From: a virus
Virus record (IMG/VR): IMGVR_UViG_3300028024_000008
Span: 89-64,088 of that record
Length of the DNA stretch: 64,000 nt
Direction: 5' to 3' (one strand)
Every line of letters starts with the position of its first letter. Within the stretch, counting starts at the first letter, position 1. The translations under genes were made by a program, and so were the position numbers. This document shows, in pieces, positions 56,378-64,000 of the stretch. The notes beneath the pieces were generated by a model. The model worked only from the letters and a program-made list of their open reading frames with translations, ran no database searches and was not told the DNA's origin.

Positions 56378-56748
56378 TGCCCTTGCCCCTGTGCGTTGAA
56401 AGTGGCGAGGATTTGATCCTCAGTTGGATCTGGCTCTTCGCCTGCATAATGCAGACAATAGTCAAGCGTGAACCTAATCAAAGCGCAGTCCCGCGCCTCA
56501 TCTGAGGCCTTTGCGGTGACAGTGCTTAGGGCGTCACGCATTGGTTTCATTTCGTCCCAAGTTTCTTTACAGGCGCCAGATAATTTCGTGGTTCGCCCCT
56601 TCTGCTCGGCGCGGGCGTAGGCGAGGGCTGCAGAGAAGCCGGCAAGAAATGCGTCTTCAGGCACAAGCGGCTGGCGGCAGATCGCACGCCAATCGTTCCA
56701 CCTTTTCCACTCAAACGCAGCCCGGTCTTGCTCTGTGATTGGGGTCAT
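56374..56748 (-). CDS. Hypothetical protein
   Basis: ATGA-coupled. Confidence 0.55.
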   Translation of the reverse strand: MTPITEQDRAAFEWKRWNDWRAICRQPLVPEDAFLAGFSAALAYARAEQKGRTTKLSGACKETWDEMKPMRDALSTVTAKASDEARDCALIRFTLDYCLHYAGEEPDPTEDQILATFNAQGQGQ

Positions 56749-56963
56749 GGCTGAAGCCCTCCGTTACAACACAGAGACGCCAGCCGCTTTGCCTTCATAT
56801 TTGCCAGGATAACGAGCGCCTGCGCCACAAAGTCCGCTTGATCACGCTCCGCATGAAGCTGTCGGTCATAGGTTTCCTGCATAACCTGGGTTATTACTGT
56901 GGCCTCTGCATTGAGTTCATTGGCAAGAGCGAGCAAGCTATCTGGCGTTGTGTGATCGGTCAT
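56745..56963 (-). CDS. Hypothetical protein
   Basis: ATGA-coupled start MTDHTT. Confidence 0.5.
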   Translation of the reverse strand: MTDHTTPDSLLALANELNAEATVITQVMQETYDRQLHAERDQADFVAQALVILANMKAKRLASLCCNGGLQP

Positions 56964-57115
56964 GATTGCACCCACATGAGATGATGCCATAAATACCAAA
57001 TCGCCCATCCTGCTCCGCCGATGATCGCAACGGCGGCAAGAATGATTCCGACGATTGCCCAAAACATCATCGCTGCTATCGCCGGGCCTAATTGCCGTCC
57101 AAAACTGCTATCCAT
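56960..57115 (-). CDS. Small TM protein
   Basis: MMFWAIVGIILAAVAIIGGAGWAIWYLW. Confidence 0.55.
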   Translation of the reverse strand: MDSSFGRQLGPAIAAMMFWAIVGIILAAVAIIGGAGWAIWYLWHHLMWVQS

Positions 57116-57488
57116 TGCGAACATACTCCCCATAGCCGACGCGCCGAATTGCATTGCGCCGGGCCAAATATGAAAAGGCGTTATAGACGTGCTTACGCTT
57201 GGTGGCATCGCCCTCACTGTTCACTTGGCGCATGAAGTCAGCGACGCGGATTGTCCCGTCGCATTGGCTGATGAAATCACGGGCCTTCATGGCGATGTCA
57301 GTCAACGCCATGCCGTCTAGAGAAGGAGCCCTTAATCGTTTAATCTCGTCATCCTGCCGCATCACCATCGCCAGCAGAGCCTCAATAGCCTTGGCCGCTT
57401 CATTGATACACGGCACCCAATCACGTTGGCGCAGGAACTTTACCAGTCGCTCCAATTCTTCGATCTCTTGCGCGGTGAGGCCGGTCAT
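57108..57488 (-). CDS. Hypothetical protein with winged-helix-like C-terminus
   Basis: VYNAFSYLARRNAIRRVGYGEY. Confidence 0.55.
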   Translation of the reverse strand: MTGLTAQEIEELERLVKFLRQRDWVPCINEAAKAIEALLAMVMRQDDEIKRLRAPSLDGMALTDIAMKARDFISQCDGTIRVADFMRQVNSEGDATKRKHVYNAFSYLARRNAIRRVGYGEYVRNG

Positions 57489-57784
57489 GATTGCACACCT
57501 GTTAAAAGATAGTCGGTCGTGACGTTCAAATACTTGGCGATTTTGACCAAGCTGTCGAAGCCGATGCTGTTAGATTTGTTGTTGACCAGGCGCCATGCAA
57601 CACCGTGCGAGATATCGCATTCGACCTCTAGCGCCTTGATAGTAAGGCCGCGCTCAGAGAGCAATCTTGCGACACGTCCGCCTGGGGTATCAGGAAATGA
57701 CGCCGATATCCCTTCGCCGCAGTGCGGGCATCTCATCGTCTCAACTCCCTGCGCAGCTGCGCTGCTTGGCGTCGTTTCAGGCAT
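57485..57784 (-). CDS. XRE-family HTH regulator with N-terminal CPHCG
   Basis: LLSERGLTIKALEVEC...LVKIAKYLNVTTDYLL. Confidence 0.8.
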   Translation of the reverse strand: MPETTPSSAAAQGVETMRCPHCGEGISASFPDTPGGRVARLLSERGLTIKALEVECDISHGVAWRLVNNKSNSIGFDSLVKIAKYLNVTTDYLLTGVQS

Positions 57785-57884
57785 TCCGCCTCAGTGTCGT
57801 ATCCGCACGCCTCACGCCAGATCAGCCATGCCAGATAGCCGCTGTTGAGCAGTAGATACGGCAGGCCGATGGCGAGAGAGGGGA

Positions 57885-58163
57885 TCATCCGATGCCTCCT
57901 GCTCGCTCAATCGCCTGTATGCGGATACGCTCCCAGGCATGGTCCGCAATCATCTGGCACCGCTCCAAAGTTTCACCTTGAACGCCACGCTTGATGAGGC
58001 GATTGGCGCGGCTGTACCTTTTCCGATGATGAGCATCGCCGAGCCGCCAATGCTTCCAGCAGATGATGCGGGTCCCTTCCTCGTACTTCGCCTTTGGAGC
58101 GGTACGGCGGCAGAACGGCACCTCGCAGGCGATGCGGTCGGGCTTGGTCATGGAAACAGCCAA
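57885..58163 (-). CDS. Hypothetical Cys/His protein
   Basis: CEVPFC and ICWKHW. Confidence 0.6.
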   Translation of the reverse strand: MAVSMTKPDRIACEVPFCRRTAPKAKYEEGTRIICWKHWRLGDAHHRKRYSRANRLIKRGVQGETLERCQMIADHAWERIRIQAIERAGGIG

Positions 58164-59851
58164 TCTGCTGCTTTGACCGTCCCGCGCCCGCTGGGCTCGA
58201 TCAACCCATAGGCGGCAACGGCCGACATATAGACCCCGGCCGTGCTGGCAGTCGGCGACAGCCCAACACTTTCAGCAACGGCATCCCGGCGGATATCCTT
58301 CGGCCAGGCACGATAGATGACATCGAAGACACGCTGCTCCTGAGCGCCTAAAAGACCGCGCGCCATTTGATAGAGATCTTCGCGCGTCGTCGCCGTCGGC
58401 ATGTTTGCCGCCTTCAGCCCTGCCGGCGTCAGCGCGATCTTGCCGGGCGATGTTTCGAGCAGTCCTGCTTTGACCAGCTGCGAGACGTAGACGCCGAAGG
58501 TGGAAGCCTTCGGACTATAGCCGGCAACGACACAGGCCCTATCACGGTCGGCTGGATCCTGGCCGATCTTGCGCCACCAGGCGACTGCGTCGAGGACGCG
58601 CTGCTGTGCCGGCGTGATGCCTTCGCTGGGAGGATTGGAGCGGACGACGGGACTCGAACCCGCGACACTCGGCTTGGAAGGCCGATGCTCTACCGACTGA
58701 GCTGCGTCCGCTTTGTGAGTTGGCACCTTCATCGGCGATGGTGCGCCGCGACGCTCTCCTGGCACCACATGGTTGCCATCATAGTAATCGAGATGCCCAC
58801 GGACCCGCTTCAGGAGTTCGTCCCACCCGCCAACATATCCCTCGTTATAAGCGCCAAGGCGCATGGCATCGATCTCGGCCTGAGATATGGATGGCACCGA
58901 TACCTGTGCCGGCGCAGCCTTCAACTGCTTCTCCAGCTCGGCAACGCGTCGCCGCAATGCGACCGGATCATCTGCCTCAGCCGCCTTCACGGCATCACCG
59001 ATCAATGCCCGCAGCTTCTCAGGATCGACCTGAGCGGTCTTGACCTCATGCCGATGATCGTCATCGGTCGGGGTGGCGCTGTTGTCATAGGTCGTGATGC
59101 GCGGGAACTTGACGAGATCGGCGATATTGGCCTCCCCGGATATCACCCAGCCTTCACCGGTCTTGAGGCCGGCCAGCGAGCGGGAGACCTTCTCGGCAAC
59201 GTCCTTGGCGACGTTTCCCCGCAGCCATTCCTTGACCGGCGTCTGATCGGCCGGCAGCGTCAGCCGGTGCGCGATAAGCGTCTCGCAGCTGCCGAGCACG
59301 GCATTGTGCAGCGATTGGGTCCGCTGCGTCACCACCACCAGGCGAATGCCCTTCGACCGGCCGGCAGTTGCCAGCTTCTTCGCGAAGTGGATGGTCAGGT
59401 TCTCGCCGCCGAAGCCCGCCCGTTCTTTCGGGGCGAATTCGTGCGCCTCCTCGATGACCAGGTAGAGGATACCGCGCATCTTCCGCAACAGGGCCGGTGC
59501 GAATTCCGTGAAGAAGGTCTGCAGGCCGCCCGGCTTGAAATCGGCCATGTCGATGATACTCAGCGGCAGGTCACCACCGGCCACCAGCTCGCCGATCGGC
59601 TTGCCCGCCGTCTCCTGGATCTGCACATGGCCGTGCGGGCCGCCCAGGATCTGGAATGGCAGGCCTGGGCGCTTGCCGTCGGCGCTTGACGTCAGGCCCC
59701 ACCAGTCGGACTTGATCGGGTCCAGAATGCACACCCGGGCGCCCTGGGCCACGACATGCTCGACCAGCAGCTTGGCGGTCGAGGTCTTGCCCGAGCCAGT
59801 CTTCCCGACCACAGCAGTATGCTGGCCGATGATCTCCTTGAAGATCTTCAT
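58148..59851 (-). CDS. HerA/FtsK-superfamily (DUF87-like) ATPase with C-terminal winged-helix-like domains
   Basis: Walker A VGKTGSGKT, Walker B LVIEEAHEFAP, GRSKGIRLVVVTQR. Confidence 0.88.
   Translation of the reverse strand: MKIFKEIIGQHTAVVGKTGSGKTSTAKLLVEHVVAQGARVCILDPIKSDWWGLTSSADGKRPGLPFQILGGPHGHVQIQETAGKPIGELVAGGDLPLSIIDMADFKPGGLQTFFTEFAPALLRKMRGILYLVIEEAHEFAPKERAGFGGENLTIHFAKKLATAGRSKGIRLVVVTQRTQSLHNAVLGSCETLIAHRLTLPADQTPVKEWLRGNVAKDVAEKVSRSLAGLKTGEGWVISGEANIADLVKFPRITTYDNSATPTDDDHRHEVKTAQVDPEKLRALIGDAVKAAEADDPVALRRRVAELEKQLKAAPAQVSVPSISQAEIDAMRLGAYNEGYVGGWDELLKRVRGHLDYYDGNHVVPGERRGAPSPMKVPTHKADAAQSVEHRPSKPSVAGSSPVVRSNPPSEGITPAQQRVLDAVAWWRKIGQDPADRDRACVVAGYSPKASTFGVYVSQLVKAGLLETSPGKIALTPAGLKAANMPTATTREDLYQMARGLLGAQEQRVFDVIYRAWPKDIRRDAVAESVGLSPTASTAGVYMSAVAAYGLIEPSGRGTVKAADWLFP
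58636..58711 (-). tRNA. tRNA-Gly(UCC), 76 nt with encoded CCA, nested inside the ATPase CDS
   Basis: GCGGACG CA GCTC AGTCGGTA GAGC A TCGGC CTTCCAA GCCGA GTGTC GCGGG TTCGAGT CCCGT CGTCCGC T CCA: all four stems pair (one G-U), discriminator U73; the one noted deviation is C at position 8. Confidence 0.88.
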
Positions 59852-60150
59852 CCGTTCCCCTTTGTCGGCATGTACCGTGCCTCGAATTCCTTGATGAAGC
59901 CGTCCAGCTCGGCCTGGATCAGCGCCAGGCGGTTGAGATCGCCATCGGTGGCGTCGTCGCCATCATCGAGCGTGCGCAACAGCGTCGCGAAGACATGCTG
60001 GGCGCCAGCAAAGAAGGCGGTCCGCATCTCTGCGAGCTGGATGGCGGGCGCGTCGGTCGGGATCGTCATCACGCGCAGGCTGTGCCAGCCGGCCTCAATC
60101 AGCTTGCCGCTATTGGCAAGCTCGCGTTCCAGTTCTTCAATCTGGCTCAT
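59848..60150 (-). CDS. Hypothetical conserved phage protein
   Basis: QLAEMRTAFFAGAQHVF. Confidence 0.65.
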   Translation of the reverse strand: MSQIEELERELANSGKLIEAGWHSLRVMTIPTDAPAIQLAEMRTAFFAGAQHVFATLLRTLDDGDDATDGDLNRLALIQAELDGFIKEFEARYMPTKGNG

Positions 60151-60545
60151 GCAGCCTCCTGTAAGCCGGCTCGTTCCCGGCGATCTTCCAGCCGCGCGAG
60201 TGTCTCCAATCGCACAGCAATCGACTGATGCAGGCGGCCAAGACGACGGCCGATCTCCATATTGTTGACGCCCTGCTTGGCGAGAGCGAGAAGCTCGGCA
60301 TCTTCCTCCGGACTGAACCGGCGGATCGTCCGGTCCCGGCATTTTATGACGGGCTTGCCCCGATAGGCCGGGGCGACAATCGCGGGCGGTCTCCCCTCGA
60401 CCTCGATCACATAATGCCGGCAGGCATATTCGACTGTCGAATGAGAGCGGCCGATCTTCCGACCGATCCGCTCATAGGACCAGCCTCGGCCGCGCAGCTC
60501 TTCGATGGCGGCGATCTCTGCTTCGCTCAGTCGTTTGCGTGTCAT
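60147..60545 (-). CDS. Tandem HTH (Myb/GcrA-like) protein
   Basis: GWSYERIGRKIGRSHSTV and FSPEEDAELL...EIGRRLGR. Confidence 0.7.
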   Translation of the reverse strand: MTRKRLSEAEIAAIEELRGRGWSYERIGRKIGRSHSTVEYACRHYVIEVEGRPPAIVAPAYRGKPVIKCRDRTIRRFSPEEDAELLALAKQGVNNMEIGRRLGRLHQSIAVRLETLARLEDRRERAGLQEAA

Positions 60546-60859
60546 GCCCGCTTCTCCCGCTGAGCCATTCTGACCGCCTGGCGGCCGATCTCGGTAATGA
60601 ACCACTCGGCCGAATAGTCGCTGTCATTGACCCAGGTAAAGAGTCCGATGCCGGCCACACTGCGCCGAGCTTCACGCCGCACCAGGCCGCGCCAGTAAAG
60701 AGCACGGATGACCCGCATCGGGTACAGATGGCCGATAGGATTTCGCTTCGGCCGCCGGCCGGTGCGCGGGTCTGCCGAGCTGAGGCAGAGCAGCATCGCG
60801 TCGCTAAGCTGCAGGTCGACCTTGCCGCCGGCGGGGAAGGGGATGATTTGGGCTGTCAT
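60542..60859 (-). CDS. Hypothetical protein
   Basis: ATGA-coupled. Confidence 0.55.
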   Translation of the reverse strand: MTAQIIPFPAGGKVDLQLSDAMLLCLSSADPRTGRRPKRNPIGHLYPMRVIRALYWRGLVRREARRSVAGIGLFTWVNDSDYSAEWFITEIGRQAVRMAQREKRA

Positions 60860-61290
60860 TGCTTTGCCATCCTGTCATAGAGAACGACATTCGCCGTCGC
60901 AGCGAGATTCATGCACGCTGCAGTGGGGATGGAGATCAAGTCCCGGCATCGTTCGGTTAAATGTCGCGGCAAGGAGCCGTCCTCCGGCCCGAAAATATAG
61001 AAGGCCCGTTCCGGGTGACGATATCGAAAGAGCGAGCGTGCTGAAGGATCGATCTCGACGGCAACCGGAACGCAATCGTGTGGCAATGCGCCAAGCAGAT
61101 CGGCGACATGAAGTGTCGGTATATGCCGCCGGGCATCGGTTGTGTCCGAGGCCTGCCTGCGGTATCGGTGTCCCTGGATGACGATCAGGGATGCGCTATA
61201 GCAAAAGGCCGCGCGCATCACGCCACCGACATTGTGGTCAGTCTTCGGATTGAAAAGGCCGATTGCGGCGAAACCACGGCCACGCATCAT
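60856..61290 (-). CDS. SPOUT (TrmH/TrmL-like) RNA 2'-O-methyltransferase
   Basis: PKTDHNVGGVMRAA, FGPEDGSL and ISIP...MNLAATANVVLYDR. Confidence 0.85.
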   Translation of the reverse strand: MMRGRGFAAIGLFNPKTDHNVGGVMRAAFCYSASLIVIQGHRYRRQASDTTDARRHIPTLHVADLLGALPHDCVPVAVEIDPSARSLFRYRHPERAFYIFGPEDGSLPRHLTERCRDLISIPTAACMNLAATANVVLYDRMAKQ

Positions 61291-61622
61291 GCGATCTCCA
61301 TCGAAAGCTGGCCGCGCTTCCTGTCGCGCGTGCGCCTGGCATTGGTTTGATGATGATGGTGGTCATAGGCGAGATGGCACTTCTGGCACATCGCCTTTAG
61401 GTTATCGTCACCGCAGTTCTCCGGCGTATGATCGAGATGTGCTACTGTCAGCACGACGGTCTTGCCGGTGATCGGATGCGGTTTGCCGTGCTCGGCCGTG
61501 CAGCGCGTGTCTCCGACCGTTTGCTCACAGCGGCCGCCGGCTCGATCGAAGCGGATGCGATGGCTGATCTGCTTCCAGTCCTTCGGATAGCGCTTGCGAT
61601 TCTCGAGGCGGATCGGCATCAC
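61287..61622 (-). CDS. HNH endonuclease-like protein
   Basis: RCE...LTVAHLDHTPENC...NLKAMCQKCHLAYD. Confidence 0.8.
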   Translation of the reverse strand: MMPIRLENRKRYPKDWKQISHRIRFDRAGGRCEQTVGDTRCTAEHGKPHPITGKTVVLTVAHLDHTPENCGDDNLKAMCQKCHLAYDHHHHQTNARRTRDRKRGQLSMEIA

Positions 61623-62356
61623 GCCGGCTCCTTCATCTGATCGATGTTGGTCTTGTGGACAGTGAAGCTCAGGGCAACGACATCGGGGTTAGCGTCCCAG
61701 GATTCGGGGCCGTGTAGATGGCGCCACAAGCGGGCGAAGACCAAGCCGGCTGAGACGCCATCGGCGCAGCGCAATTCAACCTCCGGTAAACCTGGGACAT
61801 AGGTGCATAACAGGTTACCGGATGGCTCGTTCTTTACGACGCCTTCAGCGATGGCATCCGCCTCGCTGATATCCTGCAGCCGCTCTATCTTGGTGGCGGT
61901 CACGACCAGGGTCAGGCGGCTGGCCCAGCGTGGCATGTGGATAGGCGGCACGAGTTTGCCGCCGGTCAGATCCGGATCGTCTGATCGATAGGCGAGCAGG
62001 TTCCACCAATTGCCGAACGCTTCCGACTCTCTATCGTGATTCGACGTGACAACGCGCAGATCGTGATCAGCCTCGTAATGGATGCAGTGGTCAAAGTCCT
62101 CATCTTCGACCGCCTTCACTGTCTCTCGCACCCAAAGCCGATCGCCGGGCTGCACCTTCTGCCAGGGCGATAGTTTAGGCGCGTCACAAGTCGGGCAGAC
62201 ATCATAGCCGTGCCGGCATTCGATGGCCGGTTCGCACTTAGCTGCCGCGATAGCCACTCGTGAAGATTTCCACGCCAGCCGCCTGGTCATGGTCTTGCGC
62301 CCGTCCAGCAGAGCGCGCACCATGGGGCCGCTGAAGATGACGGGGATATCGGTCAT
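61619..62356 (-). CDS. ASCH/PUA-like domain protein
   Basis: IFSGPMVRALLDGRKTMTRR, GDRLWVRET and IHMPRWASRLTL. Confidence 0.7.
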   Translation of the reverse strand: MTDIPVIFSGPMVRALLDGRKTMTRRLAWKSSRVAIAAAKCEPAIECRHGYDVCPTCDAPKLSPWQKVQPGDRLWVRETVKAVEDEDFDHCIHYEADHDLRVVTSNHDRESEAFGNWWNLLAYRSDDPDLTGGKLVPPIHMPRWASRLTLVVTATKIERLQDISEADAIAEGVVKNEPSGNLLCTYVPGLPEVELRCADGVSAGLVFARLWRHLHGPESWDANPDVVALSFTVHKTNIDQMKEPA

Positions 62357-62835
62357 TCGATGTACCCGCGCTTGGCGATGTCCTTCAGCTGCCGCGCAAG
62401 CTGTGTCACTTCGGCTTGGACATAAGCATCATCGCGATAGACATCATCGCGAAAGGCTGCCCAGCCGCATCTGGCGTCGCTGGCTGGCGTTTGATCGCCG
62501 GCGTGCGCACAATCGAAGCCGAGCCACCAAATGCGATGAGGGCGGCCAGCCTCGGGGACATGGCATATGCCAAATTCACCAGCATCCTCTCGGCAGAACG
62601 CCGCGAAAGTCAGTCCGCCATGCGCATCAACCGGCACATCGTCATAGTCCTTCCCGAAGGAGGGATGACCTTCCGAGACACCGACATAGCCGCACCAGAC
62701 GCCAGAATGGTTGCGGACCATGAGACAGTCCAGGTTTGTGGCCTCATCCACCCATTGGCGCTTGTCGGGTTCATCGAGCCATGGACCATGCCCCCAGGCC
62801 TTCTTGTCGAGCTCAGAATTGTAAAGGGCCTTCAT
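62353..62835 (-). CDS. Conserved hypothetical phage protein
   Basis: WCGYVGV, HGGLTF and WWLGFDCAH. Confidence 0.7.
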   Translation of the reverse strand: MKALYNSELDKKAWGHGPWLDEPDKRQWVDEATNLDCLMVRNHSGVWCGYVGVSEGHPSFGKDYDDVPVDAHGGLTFAAFCREDAGEFGICHVPEAGRPHRIWWLGFDCAHAGDQTPASDARCGWAAFRDDVYRDDAYVQAEVTQLARQLKDIAKRGYIE

Positions 62836-62843
62836 ATCGCCTC

Positions 62844-63002
62844 CTATTTCCTCGCCGCTTCTGACAGGATCTCGATTGCTCTTTGCGGGTCGTCATCATC
62901 GATCGCGTTGATCGCGCGGCCGATGGCGAGACGCATCCGATGGTTTTCGAAGAGCAGGGCGGCCTTATCGACCGCCGCCACTGCCCAGGCAAAGAAGCGC
63001 AT
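62844..63002 (-). CDS. 52-aa hypothetical protein
   Basis: Manual translation MRFFAWAVAAVDKAALLFENHRMRLAIG...; fills the gap between neighbours. Confidence 0.5.
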   Translation of the reverse strand: MRFFAWAVAAVDKAALLFENHRMRLAIGRAINAIDDDDPQRAIEILSEAARK

Positions 63003-63007
63003 GATCG

Positions 63008-63295
63008 TCAAAGCTTCGCCCGCTTCCGGGCTTCTGCCCTGATTGCCAGAAGAAACTCGGCATGGCTTTCGATCAGCTGCTGCAGGCCGGAGAGACCGAG
63101 GAGCGGATCCTTATTGTTGAGATCCACAAGATGGATCGCTATGTTCGCGGCGAACAGACTGACAATGGCCATGACATCGCCGCCACCCTGCAGCTTGTGC
63201 CGATCGAAGACTGGCCACGCCGCCTCGGAAAGCTCATTGGCGATTGCCATCAGCTGGGACGTCTTCTCGCGATGCTGTCGGTCGGTCATTTCCAT
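63008..63295 (-). CDS. Hypothetical protein
   Basis: 95-aa ORF directly after the DUF6745 stop. Confidence 0.6.
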   Translation of the reverse strand: MEMTDRQHREKTSQLMAIANELSEAAWPVFDRHKLQGGGDVMAIVSLFAANIAIHLVDLNNKDPLLGLSGLQQLIESHAEFLLAIRAEARKRAKL

Positions 63296-63296
63296 C

Positions 63297-64000
63297 TCAG
63301 GTCTCGATCTGCGGATAATACTGCTTGCCGGTCAGCCCGAATGTGCTGGCGATGGCGTTACGTGCCGTAAGCTTCTGCGGATCGCCGAATTGCTGATCTG
63401 CGAGCAGGGGCCGGCATTCCGGATGGACGCGGAGCGTGTAACGCTTCCAGCTGCCATCTGGCTCAGGCGTCGAATTGATGACATGGACCATGACGAGCGG
63501 CTCATCATCGCGGACATTCTTGCGATAGAGCGTGCCGACGCCTTCTTCGTGATCGAGGATCTCGGCACTGCCGGCGAGTAGGTATTTGTCGAAGCCGAAG
63601 CGCTCCATCATGACGCGCCGGACCTCGGCGTTCTGCTCGGCATCGATCAGGTCGACCGTGATGCGCTCCGGATGCAGGATGATCCAGTCCGGAACGCGGA
63701 CGCCGTGCCAGGAATAGACGCCCCAGCCATCACGATATTCGATCGCGGCGCGGTCTTCGCAATGGAGCCGGCCTTGATCATCGCGCGCCAGGTGGCGCGG
63801 CCGATCGGTTACGAGACAGACTTTCTCCATCGGCCAGAACCAGCCGGCCGACTGCGTCAGCTCGATCAGGCCGACAAGACGCTCGGTCTGCTGGACCAGG
63901 GCGCAATTCTGGCGGAAAAAGTCATAGAAACCGGTCCAGTTGCCATCGTGTTGGCCGTAACCGGCCGCCCGCACGCTGGCCCCCACGCTGTCCCACACGC
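63297..64000 (-). CDS. C-terminal part of the DUF6745-like protein (continuation of 433->1)
   Basis: SVWDSVGASVRAAGYGQHDGNW...GRLHCEDRAAIEYRDGWGVYSWHGV...NAEVRRVMMERFG. Confidence 0.85.
   Translation of the reverse strand, partial: VWDSVGASVRAAGYGQHDGNWTGFYDFFRQNCALVQQTERLVGLIELTQSAGWFWPMEKVCLVTDRPRHLARDDQGRLHCEDRAAIEYRDGWGVYSWHGVRVPDWIILHPERITVDLIDAEQNAEVRRVMMERFGFDKYLLAGSAEILDHEEGVGTLYRKNVRDDEPLVMVHVINSTPEPDGSWKRYTLRVHPECRPLLADQQFGDPQKLTARNAIASTFGLTGKQYYPQIET

Noticed and set aside
63996-63998. Start codon assigned by the ORF track to the last gene
   Set aside because: It is a Val codon within the repeat; the real start is GTG 433 at the other end of the window
1-64000. Diversity-generating retroelement or retron
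   Set aside because: No reverse transcriptase motifs (YxDD) in a credible ORF, and I noticed no adenine-mismatched TR/VR repeat pair

Overview
This window looks like an essentially complete ~64 kb temperate siphovirus genome from a high-GC alphaproteobacterial host; host assignment is inferred from its GTA-like tail tip and its EcfG-, CtrA- and GapR-like genes. No host chromosomal genes are seen. Both ends fall inside the same 12-bp tandem repeat of one minus-strand DUF6745-like gene, in compatible reading frames. An attP-like site (tRNA 3'-end core flanked by arm repeats) lies next to the integrase, so the sequence most likely represents the excised, circular form. Layout: leftward early operon (Bet-like recombinase, ECF sigma factor, many small ORFs); lambda-like immunity switch (two-HTH cI, cro, five 18-bp operators, near-identical PL and PR); replication and regulation (RuvC-like, ParB-like, GP88-like, CtrA-like wHTH, MT-A70, DnaB, DUF1376); HK97-type head; six glycosyl-/methyltransferase-like genes wedged between the head-closure and tail-completion genes; tail with a -1 frameshift chaperone; an expanded lysis cassette containing a papain-like protease; an acyltransferase-3 moron; integrase/excisionase; and a long leftward accessory operon. 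The most striking observation is a complete 76-nt tRNA-Gly(UCC) with encoded CCA, nested in frame and on the sense strand inside a HerA/DUF87-like ATPase gene. The same operon encodes a SPOUT RNA methyltransferase and an ASCH-like protein. All family assignments come from motif recognition by eye; no database searches were run.
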